DNA from: Alkanindiges sp. WGS2144
Lineage (GTDB): Bacteria; Pseudomonadota; Gammaproteobacteria; Pseudomonadales; Moraxellaceae
Direction: 5' to 3' (one strand)
DNA: 32,000 bases
NCBI RefSeq assembly: GCF_043950625.1
Contig: NZ_CP171007.1
Below are positions 10,244-17,269 of the stretch, one piece after another. Under the pieces are notes generated by a model. That model was given only the letters and a program-made list of their open reading frames with translations, was not told the DNA's origin and made no database searches. A program made the position numbers and the translations under genes. Position 1 is the first letter of the stretch, and every line of letters starts with the position of its first letter.

Positions 10244-10259
10244 ACACTACTTGTTGTGT
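10244..10259 (-). promoter_or_regulatory. NrdR-box-like palindrome upstream of nrdA
   Basis: ACACTACTTGTTGTGT (ACAC-N8-GTGT) lies 81-96 nt upstream of the nrdA ATG. It resembles the 16-bp NrdR box consensus (acaCwAtATaTwGtgt). Only one convincing box is seen. Confidence 0.4.
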
Positions 10260-10349
10260 TAATTTAATCGAATGAACACAAGATAAGGGATTTTGCATCA
10301 GTTGGCAATCCACCAGATAGTTAAAAAGAGTGTCAAAACAGCAGTTAAT

Positions 10350-10426
10350 TGTGTATAAAAAATAGACAACTGTGGATAAGTTTGAGGATAACCGGGTGGA
10401 TAACTTTGTTGATAACATGTGGACAA
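10350..10426 (-). promoter_or_regulatory. array of 5-6 same-orientation DnaA boxes upstream of nrdA
   Basis: Plus-strand 9-mers compared with TGTGGATAA (= TTATCCACA on the nrdA strand). 10371 TGTGGATAA is perfect; 10383 TGAGGATAA, 10395 GGTGGATAA, 10407 TGTTGATAA and 10418 TGTGGACAA each have 1 mismatch. Start-to-start spacing is 12, 12, 12, 11 bp. An additional TGTGTATAA (= TTATACACA) sits at 10350. Confidence 0.6.
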
Positions 10427-10625
10427 ACTCTAAGATATTCTTGTAAAAGCTTTTGTCACAATGCATTAAAAGTGATCATTTAATACCCACTGTATTTTTT
10501 ACTAAAGCGGTGTTTAAAACTACATAAAGTAATGTTGCGCCAGTTTATTATCCAAGCGAATAAATGATGTAACAATTCTCCATCAAATGTAGGTCTTGCT
10601 GTAGCAGTTTAGTGAATGGCATATT

Positions 10626-10640
10626 GTTTACAATGTAAAC
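10626..10640. promoter_or_regulatory. perfect palindrome upstream of bfmR (candidate response-regulator operator)
   Basis: GTTTACA-A-TGTAAAC lies about 9 bp upstream of a possible -35 TTGACG (10649-10654). A 16-nt spacer then leads to a TATCTG -10 (10671-10676). Confidence 0.45.
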
Positions 10641-10718
10641 GGTGTATATTGACGCAAGTTAACAAGGTCGTATCTGCTTTATTTTAAAGGGATACTCAGA
10701 TTATTTTGGGGAATATAG

Positions 10719-11438
10719 ATGACGCAAGAAGAGAAACTGCCACGGATTTTGATTGTTGAGGATGATGAGCGTCTGGCAACGCTGACACAGGATTATCTGA
10801 TTAGAAATGGGTTGGAAGTCGGTGTGGAAACCGATGGAAACCGCGCTATTCGCCGTATTATTTCTGAGCAGCCTGATCTGGTGGTGCTGGATGTGATGTT
10901 GCCTGGTGCAGATGGCCTGACCGTATGCCGCGAAATTCGTCCGCATTATCATCATCCTATTTTAATGCTGACGGCACGTACCGAAGACATGGATCAGGTA
11001 CTAGGCCTGGAAATGGGCGCTGATGACTATGTGCCAAAACCGGTTCAGCCGCGTGTGCTGCTGGCACGTATCCGTGCGCTGCTGCGTCGTACGGATAAAG
11101 TAGTTGACGAAGAAGTGGCACAACGTCTGGAGTTTGATGACCTGGTCATTGATAATGGCGGTCGCTCGGTTACACTGTCTGGCGATCTGGTTGACTTTAC
11201 CAGTGCCGAATATGATCTGCTGTGGTTATTGGCCTCCAATGCAGGCCGCATTCTGTCACGTGAAGACATTTTTGAGCGCTTGCGTGGTATTGAGTATGAC
11301 GGACAGGATCGTTCCATTGACGTGCGTATTTCCCGCATCCGCCCAAAAATTGGTGATGATCCGGAAAACCCCAAGCGCATTAAGACTGTACGTAGCAAAG
11401 GCTACTTGTTTGTTAAGGAGTCCAGCGGCGGAATGTAA
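10719..11438 (+). CDS. bfmR: OmpR-family response regulator BfmR
   Basis: 239-aa ORF: receiver domain (ILIVEDDERLA...DLVVLDVMLPGADG) plus winged-helix output. The sequence is very close, from memory, to A. baumannii BfmR. A sensor-kinase gene lies downstream and nrdAB upstream, as in A. baumannii. Confidence 0.93.
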   Translation: MTQEEKLPRILIVEDDERLATLTQDYLIRNGLEVGVETDGNRAIRRIISEQPDLVVLDVMLPGADGLTVCREIRPHYHHPILMLTARTEDMDQVLGLEMGADDYVPKPVQPRVLLARIRALLRRTDKVVDEEVAQRLEFDDLVIDNGGRSVTLSGDLVDFTSAEYDLLWLLASNAGRILSREDIFERLRGIEYDGQDRSIDVRISRIRPKIGDDPENPKRIKTVRSKGYLFVKESSGGM

Positions 11439-11476
11439 GCTTTCTGAGTATAGTACTCAGTTAACCCTCAGACAAC

Positions 11477-11520
11477 AGCACACTGTTTGACTTCTTTTAT
11501 CAAGAAACAGTGTGTTTTTT
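11477..11520 (+). terminator. strong intrinsic terminator in the bfmR-bfmS spacer
   Basis: CACACTGTTT (11479-11488) pairs with AAACAGTGTG (11505-11514), extendable by G-U and A-U pairs. T6 (11515-20) follows. It is preceded by a second small hairpin, CTGAGTA-TAG-TACTCAG (11444-11460). Confidence 0.7.
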
Positions 11521-11622
11521 GTCAGTTTAAATTGAGTTTATTCTGAATAAGCTTAATAATGTGTCGTTTTCTTAAAATAAGTACGCTAAAAAAGTAGCGC
11601 TCGACATTAATGAGGTCCAAGT

Positions 11623-13233
11623 TTGCGGCATAGTATTTTCTTTCGTATTTATGCATATCTGGTTCTCTTATGTGTTGTAGTTGCCATTATTGCTTATATC
11701 CTGATTCAGGGCGTTAATTATAAGCGTGCGCAAGCCTATCGTGAAGAAATGGCCGAAGGCGCTTTTTATATTATTAGTCAGGGCATTGCCCGCCAGACCA
11801 CGGAAAGAACCCGTCAGGACTGGATTGATGACGCCAGTATTTTATTAAATCTGCCGCTTAAACTAGTGCCGCTTGATTCGGTAGAGTTTACCCGACGCGA
11901 AAGAGAGCTACTTGGAAAGTCATTATCGGTTGTGCGTTATGACATGCACAAAGTCCAGGCCGATGTCTATACCCGTATTCCTGATGAAAATCTGCTACTG
12001 GTTACCCGCATTGACAAAGTCGGTGAGCAGCAAATTAAAGCCATTGCAGTTTTTATGCTGGATGATCTGGTGTATTACCCTGGTCAGGAAGAAAAGCGCC
12101 TACAGGAAATTCGCAAACACTTTACTTATCCGATCACGATTCAGCCCTTAAGTAATCTGGGGCTTGATATGGAGCAGCTGGCCCGCATTCGCCGCAAGGA
12201 AGTCATCATGCTGTTGCGGGACAGCGTATCTACCACTGGCACGACGATTTCGGTAGTGAGTCCTACTGGCACTAGCAATGAGGTGCTAGTCATGGGGCCA
12301 ATTCCCATGTTCAACTGGCTGCCTTTTCACTTGTTTGCCAGTGTTACTTTAATGGGTTTGTTGTTGATCAGCCTGGGTGTTTACTCCCTGATTTTACCTC
12401 TGGAGCGTAAAATTCGCTTGGTACGTAATGGTTTGAACCAGGTAAGAACAGGCAATCTGGATGCCCGGGTAAAAGTAGATGGCGAAGATGAAATTGATAC
12501 CCTGGCATTAAGCTTTAACGGCATGGCTGAGCATATCAAGCGACTGATTGAAGCACAGCGTGAGCTGACCCGTGCTGTGTCGCATGAGCTACGTACGCCA
12601 GTTGCGCGGGTACGCTTTGGGGTAGAAATGCTGGCTGATACGGATGACTATGAGAGTCGTCTGGAGCAGCAGCTCATGATTGATAAGGACATTGAAGCCT
12701 TAAATACCCTGATTGATGAGATTTTAACCTACGCCAAACTGGAACAGGGCACTCCCTCATTAAATTTTGAAAGTGTGCCGTTGTATAAAATGGTGCGACA
12801 GGTTGCCGAAGAAACACGTAATCTAGGGCTGAAACCGGAAGTGCTGACGCTGGAGCCTGATGAGAGCATTGAAGTTGTTGCAGAAAAATTGTATTTGCAC
12901 CGGGTAATGCAAAATCTGGCAGGCAATGCCATGCGTTTTGCCAGCAGTAAAATTCTAATCAGTGCCGGTGTGGAAAATGGCAAAGCTTATATCTGTGTAG
13001 AAGATGACGGGCCGGGTATTGCTGAAAAAGATCGTGAAAAGATTTTTGAGCCTTTTTCGCGGCTGGATGATAGTCGTACCCGTGCTGCCAATTCAATTGG
13101 AGGTTATGGACTAGGTTTGTCTATTGTATCGCGTATTGCTTTCTGGTTTGGTGGGCACATTAGTGTTGATCAGAGTCCTGATTTAGGCGGCGCACGCTTT
13201 AAGATGTGCTGGCCAGTCAAGCGACCAGGTTAG
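11623..13233 (+). CDS. bfmS: sensor histidine kinase BfmS
   Basis: TTG start with GAGG 6 nt upstream. It has two TM segments, a HAMP region, a HisKA H-box (SHELRTPVARV) and HATPase N/G boxes (NLAGNAMRF, DDGPGI, GGYGLGLSIV). Confidence 0.9.
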   Translation: MRHSIFFRIYAYLVLLCVVVAIIAYILIQGVNYKRAQAYREEMAEGAFYIISQGIARQTTERTRQDWIDDASILLNLPLKLVPLDSVEFTRRERELLGKSLSVVRYDMHKVQADVYTRIPDENLLLVTRIDKVGEQQIKAIAVFMLDDLVYYPGQEEKRLQEIRKHFTYPITIQPLSNLGLDMEQLARIRRKEVIMLLRDSVSTTGTTISVVSPTGTSNEVLVMGPIPMFNWLPFHLFASVTLMGLLLISLGVYSLILPLERKIRLVRNGLNQVRTGNLDARVKVDGEDEIDTLALSFNGMAEHIKRLIEAQRELTRAVSHELRTPVARVRFGVEMLADTDDYESRLEQQLMIDKDIEALNTLIDEILTYAKLEQGTPSLNFESVPLYKMVRQVAEETRNLGLKPEVLTLEPDESIEVVAEKLYLHRVMQNLAGNAMRFASSKILISAGVENGKAYICVEDDGPGIAEKDREKIFEPFSRLDDSRTRAANSIGGYGLGLSIVSRIAFWFGGHISVDQSPDLGGARFKMCWPVKRPG

Positions 13234-13373
13234 GTGGCTCGACGAATAGCGCTAACGCTTTAGGTCAAATGTCTAAACCAGATTCATCAGGGAAAATCTG
13301 TTTAGGCCAGACCACTATATAGTATTGCACCTATTAAAAGCGCGGTCTGGTTCTAATAAAGATGACCGGATAC

Positions 13374-13802
13374 TTAAGGCTTTAGTTTTTTAAGGCCTCT
13401 TTTGATGCCATTTTCCAGCCCCAGTTTTACCACAGTGCCAATAAAAGGCAGGCGTCCCTTAAACTCAATGGTGTAATCCAGCCGTGAGCGCTCACCCAGA
13501 TTAATAAATTTCATAATCCCGTAATGATCCTTGATTGGAGTAATGCCTTTGGTGATGGCATATTCAATCAATTCATTTTCACGGTAAACCAGCGTGGTTT
13601 CAACAAAAGAGGGCACCAGAGGAAGTGACATTTTGCGGGCTGAACCTACGCCATTACGGCTGTCCTGACCATTTTGAACACGTTTGATGGCAACAGGGGC
13701 AAAAATCTGGCGCAGATTTTCATGTTCGCTCAACGTCTGGAATAATTGGGCTACCGGAAAATCAAAGTCCTGGATAATATGAACTTTTTGTGCTTTTGAC
13801 AT
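13374..13802 (-). CDS. SRPBCC (START/polyketide-cyclase-like) family protein
   Basis: 142-aa ORF. Its size and pattern (FDFPVAQLFQTLSEHENL..., C-terminal amphipathic helix) are typical of SRPBCC ligand-binding proteins. Confidence 0.75.
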   Translation of the reverse strand: MSKAQKVHIIQDFDFPVAQLFQTLSEHENLRQIFAPVAIKRVQNGQDSRNGVGSARKMSLPLVPSFVETTLVYRENELIEYAITKGITPIKDHYGIMKFINLGERSRLDYTIEFKGRLPFIGTVVKLGLENGIKRGLKKLKP

Positions 13803-13960
13803 GGCAATGACCTATAGGCAAATTAAGGTTGACAGATGTTAGGGCAGAAGCTTTATTTTGACAATAAGAGTTGTCAAAAAATAAATCCGTATAATTAATT
13901 AACCAAGCTTAAAGCACAGCCAGCCTTGTGCATGCAGTCTGTGTGGGAGTATGCAACAAG

Positions 13961-14129
13961 CAGTAAATACCCATTATAAATCTGCTACAATTGCGCCAAT
14001 TTCTAAATTCCATTTTTCCAGTTTTGTGCATATCGACAAGTGTGTGCAATATGGTGTACCTATTGAAGATTTTCTAATGTTTAAAGATCAATTAGCGCAA
14101 GAAGTAAAGGCTCGCAGGACGTTTGCAAT
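13961..14129 (+). repeat. left copy of the island-flanking direct repeat (presumed native prfC leader + first 17 codons)
   Basis: Collinear, with one indel, with 28956-29125. The coding part 14077-14129 matches 29073-29125 at 45/53 nt. By eye the leader is roughly two-thirds to three-quarters identical. Similarity stops exactly at the IS3 end. Confidence 0.85.
14077..14129 (+). pseudogene. prfC: displaced 5' fragment of prfC (17 codons), truncated by IS3
   Basis: Encodes [17 protein letters not shown], compared with [17 protein letters not shown] at the start of the intact prfC (29073). The reading then runs into the IS3 inverted repeat and stops at 14145. Confidence 0.85.
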
Positions 14130-14168
14130 GGTAATCCTCCCATAAATAACCGAAGTTAAAAGTAGAGG

Positions 14169-14981
14169 TTAAGCAGCCATTAGAGGTGGCCTTCCTTTGT
14201 TTGCCTGATGTGGTCTTTCATGGTTGTAATGCCACAGCCAGTTTGTTGCATATTCTTGTACTTCATCCAAAGTATCAAATAAATGTTTGCTCAGCCAACT
14301 ATAACGTATAGTCCGATTATAGCGTTCAATATATGCATTCTGCTGTGGTTTACCTGGTTGAATATATTCAATATGAATACCTTGTTCAGTTGCCCAGCGT
14401 ACAAATTCGTGACTGATAAACTCCGGGCCATTGTCACAACGAATAACTAACGGTTTTTCTCGCCATTCCAATAACTGATCCAATGTGCGAACAACCCTGA
14501 TCGTGGGTAATGAGAATCCTGCTTCAATAGCCAAACCTTCTCGACGGTAATCATCAATTACATTCAATAGCCGGTACTTACGACCATCGATCAGCTGATC
14601 ATGCATAAAATCCAGTGACCAGACCTGATTTGCCCGGATCGGCTCTTTCAGTGGTTCTGGTGCATGCCGTTTTAGTCTTCTTCTCGGTTTAATGCGCAGA
14701 TTTAGTGCCAATTCACAGTAAATGCGATAAACACGCTTATGATTCCAAACATAGTTTTCAACATGACGTAGATAAGAGAAACACAGACCAAAGCCCCAAT
14801 CTGTATTTTCTTCAGTGAGCTTAATGAGCTGTTCTGCAATGAATGCATTGTCATCGTTTAACTTGGACTGATAACGGTAGCAGGTTTCACTGATACTAAA
14901 TGCTCGGCAAGCCAAACGAATGCTAATAGCATGGTGGGCAACTGCCTGTTGTGCCATCTGACGTCGGTGAGATGGCTTCAC
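14169..14981 (-). CDS. IS3-family transposase OrfB (DDE catalytic domain)
   Basis: DDE/RNase-H-fold motifs: [27 protein letters not shown]...HERPH. It lies in the -1 frame relative to orfA. Confidence 0.88.
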   Translation of the reverse strand: MKPSHRRQMAQQAVAHHAISIRLACRAFSISETCYRYQSKLNDDNAFIAEQLIKLTEENTDWGFGLCFSYLRHVENYVWNHKRVYRIYCELALNLRIKPRRRLKRHAPEPLKEPIRANQVWSLDFMHDQLIDGRKYRLLNVIDDYRREGLAIEAGFSLPTIRVVRTLDQLLEWREKPLVIRCDNGPEFISHEFVRWATEQGIHIEYIQPGKPQQNAYIERYNRTIRYSWLSKHLFDTLDEVQEYATNWLWHYNHERPHQANKGRPPLMAA

Positions 14982-15274
14982 CCTTGCGCAGCAGTGCTGC
15001 TCATTGCCATCGCTTCCTGGATAATTTCTGCCTTTAATCGTTCTTCCGCATACATCTTTTTAAGTCTGGTATTTTCTGCTTCCAGCTCTTTCAGCCGTGC
15101 CATCAATGATGTATCCATACCACCATATTTGGCACGCCATTTATATGAGCAGCACTGCTGCGCAAGGGCATTACTCATGCCGTGTTCACGACAAAGGGCA
15201 GCTACAGGTGTCCCAGACTCCGCCTGCTTCAAAATGGACATGATCTGACTGTCAGTAAATTTAGATGTTTTCAT
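14978..15274 (-). CDS. IS3-family transposase OrfA (HTH + leucine zipper)
   Basis: [34 protein letters not shown]...[30 protein letters not shown] is a typical IS3/IS407-type OrfA. A candidate -1 slip site A-AAA-AG lies at complement 15056-15062. The orfB frame opens immediately after a TAA overlapping that motif. Confidence 0.85.
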   Translation of the reverse strand: MKTSKFTDSQIMSILKQAESGTPVAALCREHGMSNALAQQCCSYKWRAKYGGMDTSLMARLKELEAENTRLKKMYAEERLKAEIIQEAMAMSSTAAQG

Positions 15275-15750
15275 GCAGAATCTCCTGCTTGTGTCTTAAG
15301 AGAAAATTCTACTTTTAGATCCTATTATTTTTAGGGGGGATTACCTTAGCTATTACTTCATTGCGAGCTTTATAGAGAAACATATAGAGTTTCACAGCAA
15401 ATTCCTAGCTAAATAACTTTCATAGATATGAGGATGTACAATGTTGTTCTTGAATGCTTCTTGAGCAATATAATTTCCAGATGAAGAGGTCAGCTTATAA
15501 ATCTAAGGTAGAGTCAATTGATCCTTATATAACTAAGATTGAATTTAATCATCTCATATCTTAATTTTTTGATTCAAATGTTAATGATATTAACTTTAAT
15601 AAATTCATAGCATTATGTCGAAATAAAAACCCAGATTTTGGCTCAGCTATGGGAAATTTTTTTAACTTTTATACAACAAAACTTTCTGACATGCATACAT
15701 TAGCAATGTCAGAATCAGTTTTAATTCTAATCAATTGTGGAGTTTTAGTC

Positions 15751-16065
15751 ATGCTTAAAACAGCTTTATATGTCCGTCTTGAAGCTAAACCGGGTAAAGA
15801 AGACGAAGTGGAAGCTTTCCTTAAAGCCGGTTTACCTATTGTAATGGAAGAACCTGCGACAGTTGCGTGGTTTGGCCTACGTCTTGGACCTACAACATTT
15901 GGTATTTTTGATGCATTTCCTGATGAGGCGGGTCGCCAAGCACATTTATCTGGCAAGGTTGCAGCTGCGTTGATGGCTCAGGCCGATGAGCTATTTTCAG
16001 AGCCACCGTCTATTGAAAAAGTAGATGTTTTGGCTAGTAAACTACCAGCTCATACCGACGCTTAA
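15751..16065 (+). CDS. ABM-domain (antibiotic-biosynthesis/quinol monooxygenase-like) protein
   Basis: ORF 15649-16065. The ATG at 15751 is preferred (GGAG 8 nt upstream), giving 104 aa. MLKTALYVRLEAKPGKEDEVEAFLKAGLPIVMEEPATVAWFGLRLGPTTFGIFDAF... is ABM/ferredoxin-like. The stop abuts the IS21 end. Confidence 0.7.
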   Translation: MLKTALYVRLEAKPGKEDEVEAFLKAGLPIVMEEPATVAWFGLRLGPTTFGIFDAFPDEAGRQAHLSGKVAAALMAQADELFSEPPSIEKVDVLASKLPAHTDA

Positions 16066-16066
16066 A

Positions 16067-17025
16067 TGTATGAGTGTTAATTTCAGTGGAAAAATGCACC
16101 ACTTAGCCTAGGGTTTTCAGTGCAATTTTGCACCACCCTAGGGAATGTTAATCTCTCGCTATTTAACAGCGAGGCGAACCTAGGTGTTGTGCATGGAAAC
16201 TGTTGCCAAAGTCAGACGGCTATATCATAAAGACGGACTCTCTCAACGAGCCATTGCGCTCAAGCTGCACTTGAGCCGTCGTACAGTCAGGAAATATCTT
16301 GAGTGTACTGAAGAACCTACCTATCAGCGTCAAGTTCAACCCTATCCCCAATTGGGTGAATATAAAGAGCGCCTTGAAGCACGGTTATTAGTCGAGTTAC
16401 CACTTCCCAAGAGTAAACGCTTAAGTGCCCAGCGACACTTTGAGTGGTTGAAAAGCATTGGCTATCAGGGTGCGTATGGAGCTGTTTGTGGATATATCCG
16501 AACCTACTATAAGACCCATCATCAACCTGTAACAGCATTCATCCCACAACGATTTACCATTGCTGATGCTTATCAGTTTGACTGGAGTACCGAGCAGGTT
16601 CGTTTAGCTGGTGTCGTGATTAAAGTCCAGGTTGCCCACTTTCGTTTATGTTATAGCCGTGGGTTCTTCATCCGCGCTTATCCATCCCAGAAAATAGAAA
16701 TGCTGATGGATGCGCATAATCATGCCTTCACCTACTTTGGTGGCACACCGCAACGTGGCATTTACGACAATATGAAAACAGCGGTAAAAAGCATTGGTTC
16801 AGGCAAGGATCGAGAGTTCAATGATCAGTTTATGGGCATGATGAACCACTTTTTAATTGAACCAGTTGCCTGTACCCCGGCTTCTGGCTGGGAAAAAGGA
16901 CAGGTTGAACGGCAGGTTCAAACCCTGCTTAAAAAGCTGTTTGAGCCGATGCTTGCCTTTGAAACCTTAGAGGAGCTGAATCGATATCTATATGACCAAT
17001 GCAAATATCTGATTACCCAAATATT
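16067..17025 (+). mobile_element. IS21-family element, left end plus 3'-truncated istA (istB and right end missing)
   Basis: The left terminus carries reiterated sites typical of IS21: TTTCAGTGGAAAAATGCACCAC..CTAGGG and TTTCAGTGCAATTTTGCACCACCCTAGGG (16081-16143). IstA similarity ends near 17010-17025. Both ends are approximate. Confidence 0.75.
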
Positions 17026-17065
17026 TGATATCTATTCAAGCCCATTCAACCTATTTCAAATATAA
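16193..17065 (+). pseudogene. istA: truncated IS21-family transposase IstA
   Basis: The ATG at 16193 gives METVAKVRRLYHKDGLSQRAIALKLHLSRRTVRKYL (HTH). The DDE region follows (FDWS, YDNMKTAV, GWEKGQVE). The last ~17 codons (ITQIFDIYSSPFNLFQI*) look unrelated, and no istB follows. Confidence 0.75.
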
Positions 17066-17269
17066 TAATAAAAGCATTGTAAGTGCTGTAAAAATATAAA
17101 AATATTGATATTCTTTATCTGGTATATCTTTCAACCCCATTCAATAGATTTCAAGTCTAGTCAGTATGTTTGTGTACATATGTGTGTACACATTTTCTAG
17201 AATTTTCTATTTGAAAAAAATATGTACACAGGTGGAGTAAAATGCCTTTAACAGATACGTGGCTTAAGA

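Larger units (their letters stand above)
14130..15345 (-). mobile_element. IS3-family insertion sequence (1216 bp)
   Basis: Imperfect terminal inverted repeats of about 38 bp. GGTAATCCTCCCATAAATAA...TAAAAGTAGA starts at 14130; the reverse complement of the 15345 end reads GGTAATCCCCCCTAAAAATAA...TAAAAGTAGA. It has orfA/orfB organisation. The flanks (AAT / TTA) show no target duplication. Confidence 0.9.

Noticed and set aside
10227-10466. 79-aa minus-strand ORF in the nrdA-bfmR spacer
   Set aside because: It lies across the DnaA-box array and the NrdR-like box. Its repetitive LST.. peptide merely reflects the 12-bp DNA repeat. It has no SD and sits in a promoter region.
11045-11490. ORFs overlapping bfmR (117 aa minus strand, 128 aa plus strand)
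   Set aside because: They are shadow frames of a well-supported response-regulator gene. The Arg/Ser-rich composition is typical of antisense translation.
13858-13895. TTGACAA-N6-TTGTCAA palindrome followed by a perfect TATAAT (13890-13895) as the native prfC promoter
   Set aside because: The spacing between the TTGTCA hexamer and TATAAT is only 13 nt, so I cannot call a canonical sigma-70 promoter. The palindrome may be an operator, but nothing else supports it.
13951-14145. 64-aa ORF reported in the track
   Set aside because: It is a chimeric read-through: non-coding prfC leader, then 17 genuine prfC codons, then the IS3 terminal repeat. I treat it as a pseudogene fragment, not a gene.
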